From assembly GCF_020745735.1 (NCBI RefSeq), contig NW_026867515.1:1020774-1084773 (forward strand): a stretch of DNA of 64,000 nucleotides, read 5' to 3'. How positions within the stretch are numbered: the stretch's first letter is position 1; the number at the start of each line of letters is the position of its first letter. Position numbers and translations under genes: made by a program. Below are positions 48,012-59,600 of this stretch, in pieces. Origin of the DNA: Hemiscyllium ocellatum (taxonomy: Eukaryota). The notes beneath the pieces were generated by a model. It was given only the letters and a program-made list of their open reading frames with translations. It had not been told where the DNA came from and did not search any database.

Positions 48012-50606
48012 GAATGGGAGGAATAAATCTGGTTTGTGACAGGGAGGAGCGGAAATGAGGGGGAGGGGTTGAGAAGGGAGTCAAGGGGTGGGGCGGGGAT
48101 GGGAAGTGAGGTTTGAGACTGGAGAGCTCAATGTTGAGTTCTTTGGGCTATATGCTACCCAGTCGGAATTTGAGGTGTTGTTCCTCCAATTTGCTGTTTG
48201 GTTCATTGTGGCAATGGAGAAGGCCTAAGATAGTCTTTTCAGAAAGGGAGTGGGAAGGGGAATTAAAATGGGTAGTGACTGTGGACCCGCCTGCGACGCT
48301 CAGCAACCGTTCCCAAGTTTATGCTCAGTCTCCCCAATGTAGAGAAGATCACAATTGGAAAATATGTGAGAAAGAGTACAACAATGTGAAGTTGTGAAAA
48401 AGAGCAGAAAGGAAGTGTATTATTTAAATGGTGATAAACTGAGATGTGGAGAAAGTGAGATCTGCAGATGCTGGTGATTAGAGTCAGTAAGTGTGGCGCT
48501 AGAAAAGCACAGCAGGTCAGACAGCATCCGAGAGACAGGATAGTCGATGTTTCGGGCACAAGGGAATAGGGAATGATATGTGGATGTAGAAAGGGGTCTC
48601 AGTGTCTTTCTACACCAGTCACTGCCAGTTGTCAGACAGGTGCAGCAAGCAATCAGCAAGGCAAGTGGTATATTAACAAGAGGGATTGTGTTCAGAAGTG
48701 GGGATGTCTTCCTGCAGTTAGAGGTCATTGAATATATTCAAGGCTGAGTTCATCTGAGTTTTGAGCAACAAAGAAGTGGATGTTTATGGGGGAAAGCAAG
48801 AAAATGTTTTTAAGACAAGTACAGAACAGTTAGAGGCATACAGCAAAGAAACAGACCACTCAGTCCAACTAGTCCATGCTGAATATATTCACAAACTAAT
48901 CTAGTCCCACCTGCCAGTGTTTGGCCCATATCCCTCCGAACCTTTCCTATTCATGTATTTAACCGAATATCTTTTGAAAGTAACATCACTTCCTCTGGAT
49001 ATTCATTCCACACATGAACCACTATATTTGAAAAAAAGCTGTCTCAAGTCTTTTCAAAACCTTTCTCCTCTCTCCTTTCCAAATTTGCTGCCTAATCCTG
49101 AAACCCCCACCTGAGGGAAATGACACCTGCCATTCACCGCATGTATACTTCTCATGATTTTATAAACCTCTATAAGGTCACTTCTCAACCTCCTGTGCTC
49201 CAGTGAAGAAAGTCCCAGCTTATCACCGAGATGTAGGAAGATTCATATCCAGTTATGGTCTGTTCAATGCTGGTTCAGGCTCGAAAGACCAAATGGCCGA
49301 CTCCTGCTCCCAATTCTCACACTCTGTGTTCGAAGTTTAAAAATCAAAATCACAGGGTTATGGTCCAACAGGTTTATTTGGAAGCACTAGCTTTCAAACT
49401 GCTGCTCCTTCATCAGGTGGTTGTGAAGAATAAGATTGTAAGACACTGAATTTAGCAAAAGTTTACAGTGGGATGTAACTGAAATTATATATTGAAAAAG
49501 AGCTGGGTTATTTGTTAAGTCTCTCCTCTTTTAGAATAACCATGTTGGTTTCAGTTCTTTCATATGTAAATAGCAAAACTTTTTTTAAAAGTTCCATTCC
49601 CAATTGCTGTCATGTTGTCCCAGATAATGTATTGAAGGTGTGAGTTTCCCTGTGTGAGGCTGTCTGTACCACAATGGTTAGACTGATTCTAATCTTAAAA
49701 AATGGATTAATAGAATCTTACTTGGATTCATGCAGTTGTGTCCAGGACAGCAAGAGACCATCAGATATAGGAACAGCAATTAGGCCATTCAGCCCATTGG
49801 GTTTGCTCATACCATTCAATCGTGGCTGTTAAGTTTCTTATCTGCATTCTCCTGCTTTTTCTCTGTAACCCTGGATCCCCTTGATACTCAAGGACCTATC
49901 TATCTCAGTCTTAAATATTCTCAGTGACCTGGCCTTCACAGCCTTCAGTGGCAGTTAATTCCATAGATTCATTACTCTCTGGCTGAAGACGTTTGTCCTT
50001 ATCTCCAATATAAAGGGTCTTCCCTTTACTCTAAGACTGTGTCTCGAGTCCAGTCTCTCTTCCCAATGGAAAGATCTTCCCAACATCCACTCTGTCCAGG
50101 CCATTCAGTATTCTGTATGTTTCAATTAGATCTCCCCTGAGTGTGGGCCTGTTAAACAGCATGAACCAGACCCTTCAGGATGAGATACAGCAGGGATTAG
50201 GTTCTACAAAGTGAGAAAGGAGGGAGAGTGTGTGGGATGGAGATTTTAACTTCTAGAGAATAAGAGAGGAAGCAGAATTCACTGTAAATTAGAATTGATC
50301 GGATGGACCAATGGGCCAAGGAGTGGCAGGTGGAGTTTAATTTAGAGAAATGTGAGGTTTTGCATTTTGGTCAAGCAATCCAGACAGGACTGGTACAGTG
50401 AAGGGGAGTGTTGCAGAACAAAGAGACCTTGGAGTGCAGGTTCATAGTTCCTTGAAAATGGACTCTCAGGTAGACAGGATAGTGAAGAATGTGTTTGGTA
50501 TGCTTTCCTTTATTAGTCAGAGCATTGTGTATAGGCATTGGGAGGTCATGTTGTGGCTGTATATTGGTAAGGCGACTTTTGGAATAGTGCGTCCATTTCT
50601 GGTCTC

Positions 50607-53600
50607 CCTGCTTTTGGAAAGAACGTGTGAAACTTTGAGAGGGGTCGGAAAAGATTTGCGAGAATGTTGCTAGACTTGGAGGGTTTGAACTACATGGAAA
50701 GGCTGAGTAGGTCCAGGATATTTTCCCTGGAGCATCTGAGGCTGAGGGGCAGCCTTATAGAGGTTTATAACGGGCATGGATAGGGTGAATATCCAAGGTC
50801 TTTTTCCCCAAGGTAGGAGAGTCCAAAACTAGAGGGCATATGTTTGAGGTGAAAGGGGAATGATTTAAAAGGGCCCTGACGGGCAACTTTTTCACGCAGA
50901 GGGTTGTGCATGTTTGGAACGAGCTGCCAGAGGAAGTGGTGAGGCTGGTACAATTATATTTAAAATGCATCTGGCTGGGTACATGAATAGGAATGGTTTA
51001 GAACCATAAGAGCCATATGTTGGCAAATGGGACTAGATTAACTTCAGATAGCTGTTTGGCACAGACGGGTTTGACCAAAGGGTCTGTTTCCATGCTCTGA
51101 CCTCATACCTTTAATGCATTGTCTGAGCTGAGATGCCACCTTTTGTTATAAAGCCTTATGTTATCTTGAGAAGGTGCCTTACAGGAAGTTCTGGGATTTA
51201 CATATTAATGATACCTGCAATCCATTCTAAAAGATGAAAGACTTAACAATCCAGATTTGTTCAATATAACATTTCAGTGGCAGGGCGCAAATGTCTTTCC
51301 ATAAATTCTGTGCCTTATGGTCTTATTCTCCACAACCACCTGATGAAAGAGCAGTGCTCCAAACGATGGTCCTTCCAAATAAACCTGTTGGACTATAACC
51401 CAGGTTTGTGTGATTTTTAACTTTGCCCAGGTTAGGGTGGATTGACCATGTTAAATTATGCATAATGCCCAGGGTTGTGCAGGTGAGGGGGGATTGGCCG
51501 TATTAAAATACCCATCGTGCCCAAGGAGGTGCAGGTTTGTGTGGGATAGCCATGCTAACTTACACATAGTGTCCAGGGATGTGCAAGGTAGGGGGAATTG
51601 GCCAAGGGATATGCGCCAAGTGCTGGCAAATGGGACTAAATTGATTTACAATATCTGGTCAGCATAGACTAATTGGACCAAAGATTCTGTTACTCTGCGG
51701 CATATCTTAATGACTCTGGCTTTCTACTAACGTTTGTCACATCTCTTCTGTTCAGTTTCTCTCTGGTGCCTGTGTTAATGCCTTGATGTGTCTGGTTATT
51801 CCTCGATAACCAATCCCGATTTATCCTGAATTGACACATTTTGTTTTGCTTCCCAAAATCAGACCTGCTCACTCTCAGCAGTATCCCAGTGTTGTGAAAG
51901 ATGTTAACTTTCAGGTGGAGTTATCCAAGGTGTAAGTCTTGACGTGTTTGCTGTTCTGATCCTGAATCAGCACCTTCAGGAGAATTGGTTAGAGCAGAGA
52001 GAGAGAGAGCGAGAGAGAGAGAGAACAAGAAAGAAAAGGATGTTCCTTTCAATTTTGTGGAATAACAAAAGAAAACAATGTTCCACAGAAAGTAGAATAG
52101 CTTGTTCTGAATTTCACTCAGTGCAGGGTAGATGACTTTTGTAATCTCTTTTTCCAGAGTATTTGAAGATCTGAAGACAGAAGTTTCAAAATGAACAGAT
52201 GAAGGCCTTATGCCTGAAATGTTGACTCTCCTGCTCCTCGGATGCTGCCCGACCTGCTGTGCTTTTCCAGCACCACACTTTTCAACACTGACTCTCCCCT
52301 GTCTGCGGTCTTCACTTTCACATCAATATCTGACAGTCACTCAATCGATTGGGACAGCCACGATTTTTGATTACAATTCTGTGAGAAGGAGCAAACCTTT
52401 TTGGTTCCTATTTCAGGACATTTTCATTGTCAGTGGGACTGGATGAGAGACCCTACTGTTGCTGCGCACTGAGTGTGGAGTCTGATACAGTTATACGGCC
52501 TGGAAAAAGGAATTCCCAGCAGTGAGGGGCAGTACATGCGTTTGTTTGTGGCTGAAGCTTCGGACATGGAGAAACCGTGGAAGTGTGGTAACTGTGAGAA
52601 AGGCTTCCGTACTCCGTCTGACCTGGAGATTCATCGGCGCACCCACACCGGGGAGAGGCCGTTCTCCTGTCCCAAGTGCAGGAAGGGCTTTACCCAGGTC
52701 TCTGCCCTGCTTAGGCACCAGCGGATCCACACGGGGGAGAGGCCTTTCAGCTGCCCTGAGTGTGGGAAGGCCTTCAGCGATTCATCCTCCCTACTGACCC
52801 ACCGGCGAGTCCATACGGGAGAGAGGCCCTTCAGCTGTCACGAGTGCAGGAAGGCCTTCAGCAATTCCTCATCCCTGCTGAGGCACCAGCGGGTCCACAC
52901 GGGAGAGACCCCCTTCAGCTGCCCTGAGTGTGGGAAGGCCTTCAGCCGTTCCTCCACTTTGCTGACCCACCAGCAGGTCCACACAGGGGAGAGGCCCTTC
53001 AGCTGTTCTGATTGCGGGAAGGCCTTCAGCTATTCCTACTCCCTGCTGAGGCACCAGCGGGTCCACATGGGGGAGAAGCCCTTCAGCTGCCCCGAGTGCG
53101 GGAAGGCCTTCAGCTATTCTTCCTCCCTGCTGACCCACCGGCGAGTCCATACAGGGGAGAGGCCCTTCTGCTGTCCCGAGTGCGGAAAGGCCTTCAGCGA
53201 TTCCTCCTCCCTGCTGACCCATTGGCGAGTCCACACGGGGGAGAAGCCCTTCAGCTGCCCTGAGTGTGGGAAGGCCTTCACCCGCTCCGCCCACCTCCGG
53301 AGCCACCAGCGACTTCACGTGCCATCGCAGGGGGAGTGACAAAGCGACTGCCGAGTGCCATTATCGACTGGACTATCAACCCAGTTCTGGGATCTGTTGG
53401 GTTTGAATCCCACCGCGGCAGAATTGGAATACGGTCAGAACCTAATGATGAAACCATTTTCTGTGGGGGAGGGGTTGCTTTTTTTTTAGGGAAAGAAACT
53501 GCCGTTGTGGGAAAGGATTCACTCAGTCGTCCCAGCTGCATCCTTTACCCGGTCTGGCCTACACATGACTCCAGACCCACAGCAGTCTGTTTCACTCCAC

Positions 53601-56600
53601 ACTGCCCTGTTCCTGGCCCCACGGGTTAAGGCTGTACCAAGGATCCAATTACAAAGGGACAACTCTGTGCTGACCGATAGTAAAGAAAGTGGGGTGGGGT
53701 GGAGGAGGGGGAGTGTGTGCACTTTGACCTTGAGTTGTTTAAAAAGCAGCTGCTTTCTCTCCCCCTTTTTGCTGGGGGGGATCTGAAGCTGTAACAAAGT
53801 TGGGTCACAATAAAGATTACCTGAACTTACTGCCGGGCTCAGACTCTCATTAAAAGCTTTGAGCTCCAGATGGTCTTTGATTTAAAGCTGCTCATTTCTT
53901 CCAGCCTCCTGCACTAAGTTTCTAATGTCGTGTATCAGCTGGAGCAGTGAATGAGGAGCTTGTATCGTTAGAAATTGTAAATTTTTAAGGAGTACAGGTA
54001 CTGCATCGTTTCATCAACATTGTAAAGGTTACTGGCAGCACTGGGAAGGTCTTATCTTTAAAATTGAGAATAGCTAAAATGATATATTCAGAAACATCAT
54101 TGAAGTCTAAACGCACTTCAATTTTTTAAAAGAGCTGCTGAAATCTTTCTGAAACTTGCACTGGAATACGTGCAGTTAGGCCACAGCTCAGGACAGGCTG
54201 GAAGGGGTGAATGGCCTATTCCTCATTTTGTGAAATTGGTTTCAACTATGTAGACATAGTCATCGAGTTGTAGAGCCGGAAACAAACCCCTCAGTCCATA
54301 TCTTAAATGAATCTAGTGACCCATTTGCTAGCATTTGGCCTATGTTCATCTATACCCTTCCTTTTCATATCCCCATCCAGATGCCTTTTAAATGTTGTCA
54401 TTGTACCAGCCTCCACCACTTCTGCTGGCAGGTCATACCATACACACACCACCCCCTGCGTGACAATATGGCCCCTCAGGTCCCTTTCCCCACTCACCTT
54501 CAACCTATGCCCCTTCAGTGCTGGACTCCCCGACCTGGGGAAAGACCTTGGGTATTCACCCTATCCATGCCCCTTACAAATGTCTATAATTTTGAGGAGA
54601 AAATGAGGACTGCAGATGCTAGACATCATTCCTCTTCCCCCACCCCCCCCACTTTATCCAAGTCCCATGCCTTCAACTCAGCACCGCCCTCTTGACCTGT
54701 CCATCAACTTTTCAATCTATCAGCTCCACCCACTTCTCCAACCTATCCATCGCCAAACTGTTATTACCCGATGCCTGAAGGAGGACCGCCTCATATTCTG
54801 CCTTGCGATCCTGCAACCACACTGGCCAAATGTGGATTTGAACAGTTTCCTCACCTCCCCCACTTTATCTCAGTCCCAAGCCTCCAACTCGGCGCTGCCC
54901 TTCTGACCTGTCCATCATTTGTCCTATATATCTGCCCCCCTACTCCACCACCCCCTCAACACACACACACCTTCATCTAACTATGGCATTCTCAGCTACC
55001 TTCTCCCCCAACCTCACCCACTTTCCATTTATCTCTCAGCACCCCCAGCCCACAAGCCTCGTTCCTGATGAAGGGCTTATGCCCAAAACGTCAATTCTCC
55101 TGCTCCTTGGCTGCTGCCTGACCTGCTATGGTTTTCCAGCACCCCACACTCTGCATAATATTAAGGTAATTGGAGGAAGGTTTTGGGGAGATGTCAGAGT
55201 AGGTTCTCTACTCAGATAGTGGTGGCTGTGTGAAATGCACTGTCAACAGTGGTAGTAGAGTCAGATACATTAGGGACATTTAATTGACTCTTGGATAGGT
55301 ACATGAAAGTTAGTACAATAAATGGTATGTAGGTCAGTCTGATCCTAGAGTAGGATAAAGGGCCAGTACTGCATCGAGTGTCGAAGGGCCTGTACTGTGC
55401 TATGTACCTAAGTAGAGTCAAAAGTTTTGTTTTATCAGCTGTACAGTCAGATCTGAGCAAACGAGGACATGCAGGTCATACTGCGCTTAGACAGAGTGAG
55501 GCGTACAGGGTTACAGCTGCACAGGGGCTGCGCAGAAGCAAGGTCAACATTAGATTTCAAATTGGAGAGCTCCATTCAGCAGTCTAATAATGGCAGGGAA
55601 GAAGCTATTCTTGAACCTGTTGGTACAGTGTTCAAGCTTCTGTATCTTCTGCCTGACAGAGGATGGTGCAGGAGATCATTCCCAGGGTGGGAGGGGTCTT
55701 TGAGGTTGGCAGCCTTTCCACGACAACGAGAAGTGCAGATGGATTCCATGGATGGGAGGTTGGCTTCCGTGATGGATTGTGCTGTGCACACAACCTTCTG
55801 TAGTTTCTTCTGGTCCTGGGCAGAGCAGTTGCCGTAGCAGGGCAAGATGCAACCAGATACATGGCTTTCTATGGTGTATCTGTAAATGTTGGTGAGTGTC
55901 ATTATGGATGTGCCGAATTTCTTAAGCATCTTGAGGAAGAAAAGGCGTTGTTGTGCCTTCTTGACCATTGCATGGGTAGGTTTAGATATTTAGCCACTCC
56001 TTTCTCATTCTTACCATCTCCTTTACTTGATGCAGTCACACAGTCAGTTTCATACCTTGTGCTAATCTTTTTAGAAGGTCTTCTTCAGAAGGATAAAATA
56101 TTACGAGGGGCAAAGGTAGTGTACATACATAATATGAAATCTTTAAACTTGAATTCATTTTAAAGAGTGGAACAACGTATTTATGGTAAAAATGGGTAAA
56201 TTTAACAGGTTTATGAAGGGTGAGAGTGGGAAGTATGTGGAGGTGCATGTTAAAACAGGCCCGAGTCTGCATGGCTTTGACAAGAGGAGGTCATGTCTGA
56301 CAAATCTATTAGGATTCTTTAAGCATGTAATGAGTAAGTTAGACAAAGGGAGAGCCAGTGGACGTGAGCGATTTGGATTTCCAGAAGGCCTTTGACAAGG
56401 TGCCGTGCAGGAGGCTGCTAAATAAGATGAGTCCCTGGTGTAGGAGCAAGGTACTGGCACGGATCGAGGATTGGCTGACTGGCAGAAGGCAAAGAGTTGG
56501 CATAAAGGGGTCTTTGGAGTTCCAAAGGGGTCAATGCTGAGAATGCTGGGACAGGTCAGGAGAATGTATTCCATTTGCCCCTTCTGTGACCAATGTGGTA

Positions 56601-59600
56601 AAGTCTGTGGGGGAGTAAAGGATTATACCATTCAGAGGGGCACGATTGTATCATTCAAAGGTGGAGGTGTGTGGAGGAGGGAAAGGGAAGGGGAGGATTG
56701 TACCATTCACATCACGGGGTGTGGATTGTACCATTCACAGGGAGAATTATTTATTTTTATTTTTCAGAATTTCCAGGATACAGGACATATGCCAATTTTA
56801 CCTCCCAGAAATCGACTGAAACTGGGTGCACTAAAAAAATCCAGCAGGAAGATTATCAGTTAAAAAGGTCTAGTTTCGGTCATAGCAGTTATAGACTTCT
56901 GGAGTCACACCGCACAGAAACAGACACTTCAGTTCAACTCATCCATGCCGACCAGATGTTCCAATTTGGCCCAGTCCCAAGTTCCAGCATTTGCTCCATA
57001 TTCCTTTAAATCCTAACTATTCATCTAGACACCTTTTAAATGTTGTAATTGTACCCATCTCCACCACTACCTCTGGCTGCTCATTCCATACACGGTCTAC
57101 CTTCTGCGTGAAAACGTTGCCCCTTAGTTCCTTTTTAATTCTTGTCCCCTCTCATCTGAAACTTATGCCTTCTAGTTTTGGACTCCTCCATCTTGGGGGG
57201 AAAAGACCTTGGCTATTCGCTCTATCTGTGATTTTCATGATTTTATAAACCTTTCAGGTCACCCCTCAGCCACCTCCACTCCAGGGAGAACAGCCTCAGC
57301 CGAGTCAACTTCTCCCTGTAGCTCAAATCCTCCACCCTGACAACATCCTTGTAAATCTTTTCTGAAGCCTTTCAAGTTTCACAACATCCTTCCAAGAGGA
57401 AGGATGCCAGAATTGTACACTTATTCCAAAAGTGGCCTAAACATTCTCCTGTACAGCCACGACATGACCTCTCAAATCCTATACTCAATACTCTGACCAA
57501 TAAAGGAAAGTATACCAAACACCACCTTCACGATCCTATCTACCTGCAACTTCACTTTCAAGAAACTGTGAACCTGCACTCCAAGGTCTCTTTGTTCAAC
57601 AACTCTCCCTTGAGCCTTACCATTAAGTGTAGATGTGCTGCTCTGATTTGTTTTTCCAAAATGCAGCACCTCGCATTTATCTAAATTAAACTCCATCAGC
57701 CACTCTTCAGTCCATTGGTACATCTGATCAAGATCCCATTGTAATCTGAAGTAACCTTCCTCGTTGTTCACAACACTTCCAATTTTGGTGTCATCAGCAA
57801 ACCTACTAACTATACATCCTATGTTCACATCCAAGTCATTTGCATAAAAAAAATACAGAAAGTAGTGGACCTAGCACCGATCGTTGTGGCACTCCACTGG
57901 TCATAAGCCTCCAGTTTGAAAAACAAGCCTCCACCACCACCTTCTAACTTCGAGCCAGTTCTGTATCCAAATGGCTATTTCTTTCTGTATTCCATAAGGT
58001 CTAACCTTGCTAACCAGTCTCCCTAGAGGAACCTTGTCAAACAGCTTACTGAAGTCCATATAGATCATGTCCTTTGCTCTGCTCTCATCAATCTTCTTTG
58101 AGTGCTTTGAAGAAGTAACAAATCAAGTTTGTCAGACATGATTTCCCATGCACAAAGCCATGCCGACTATCCCTAATCAGTCCTTGCCTTTCCAAATGTG
58201 TGTAAATCCTGTCTCTCAGGTTTCACTCCAACAACCTGTCCACCACCAATGTCAGGTTCCCTGGCTTTTCCTTATCACCTTTTCTTAAATAGTGGTACCA
58301 CGTTAATATTTTCCGGTACCTTACCTGTGACTATCAATGATACAAATATTTCAGCAAGGGGCCCGACAATCACTTCCCGTAGCCTCCCACAGAGTTCTCG
58401 GGTACACCTGATCAGGTCCTGGAGATTTATCCACCTTCGTAATTCATGACATCCAGCACCACCTCCGCTGTGATATGGACATTTTTTAAATGTTATAATC
58501 TATTTCCCCTACATTCTATATTTTCATGTCCTTCTCCAGAGTAAACATTGATGCAAAACACTCGATTAATATCTTCCCCATCTCCTGCAGTTCCACACAT
58601 TGGCTGCCTTACTCATCGTTGATGTGCCCTATTCTGTCCCTAGTGACCCTTTTGTCCTTAATGCATTTGTAAAAACTCTTTGGATTCTCCTTAACCCTAT
58701 TTGCCAAAGTTATCTCATGTCCAGTTTTTGTCCTCCAGATTTCCCTTTTAAGTACATTCCTACTACCTTTATATTCTAAGGATTCACTCAATCTATCCTG
58801 TCAATACCTGACCTATGCTTCCTTCTTTTTCTTTACCAAACACTCAATTTCTCCAGTCATCCAACATTCCCTACACCTACCAGACATTCCTTTCACCCTA
58901 ACAGGAATATACTGTGTCTGGACTCTCGTTATCTCATTTCTGAAGGCTTCCATTTTCCAGCCGTCTCTTTACCTCCCCAACAGCTTTTGAAAGTTCTTGC
59001 CTAACACTGTCAAAATGAGACATTCTCTAATTTAGAATTTCAACTTTTAGATTTGATTTATCCTTTTCCTTCACTATTTTAAAATTAATAGAATTATGGT
59101 CGCTGGCCCCAAAGTGCAGCCCCACTGACACCTCAGTCAGCTGTCCTGCCTTATTTCCCAAGAGTAGGTCAAGTTTTGCACCTTCTCCATAGGTATATCC
59201 ACATACTAAATCACAAATCTTTCTTGAACACGCTCAACAAATTCGTCTCCATCTAAACCATTAAACCGATGGCAGTCTCAGTCTATGGTTGGAAAGTTAA
59301 ATCCCCTACCATAGCCATATAAGGGGAAATGAGTTTAAAACTGGGCACAACCCTCCAGGTGCAGTTTCAGCAATGCTATGTTTGGTTGCAGCAACACTTC
59401 CTTCCCTTTATGTTCTATTCCTTTAGCAATAAAAGTGAATGCTGTATTCACTTACTTTATTATCTACTGTACCTGCAAGCTAGTTTTCTGTGACTCATTA
59501 ATGAGGATACCCAGATCTCTCTGCACCAGATCATCCCAAACCCTCTATTAGATAATAGGTTGCTTTGATGGTTTTTTTTGACCAAAATGCATGACCTCTC

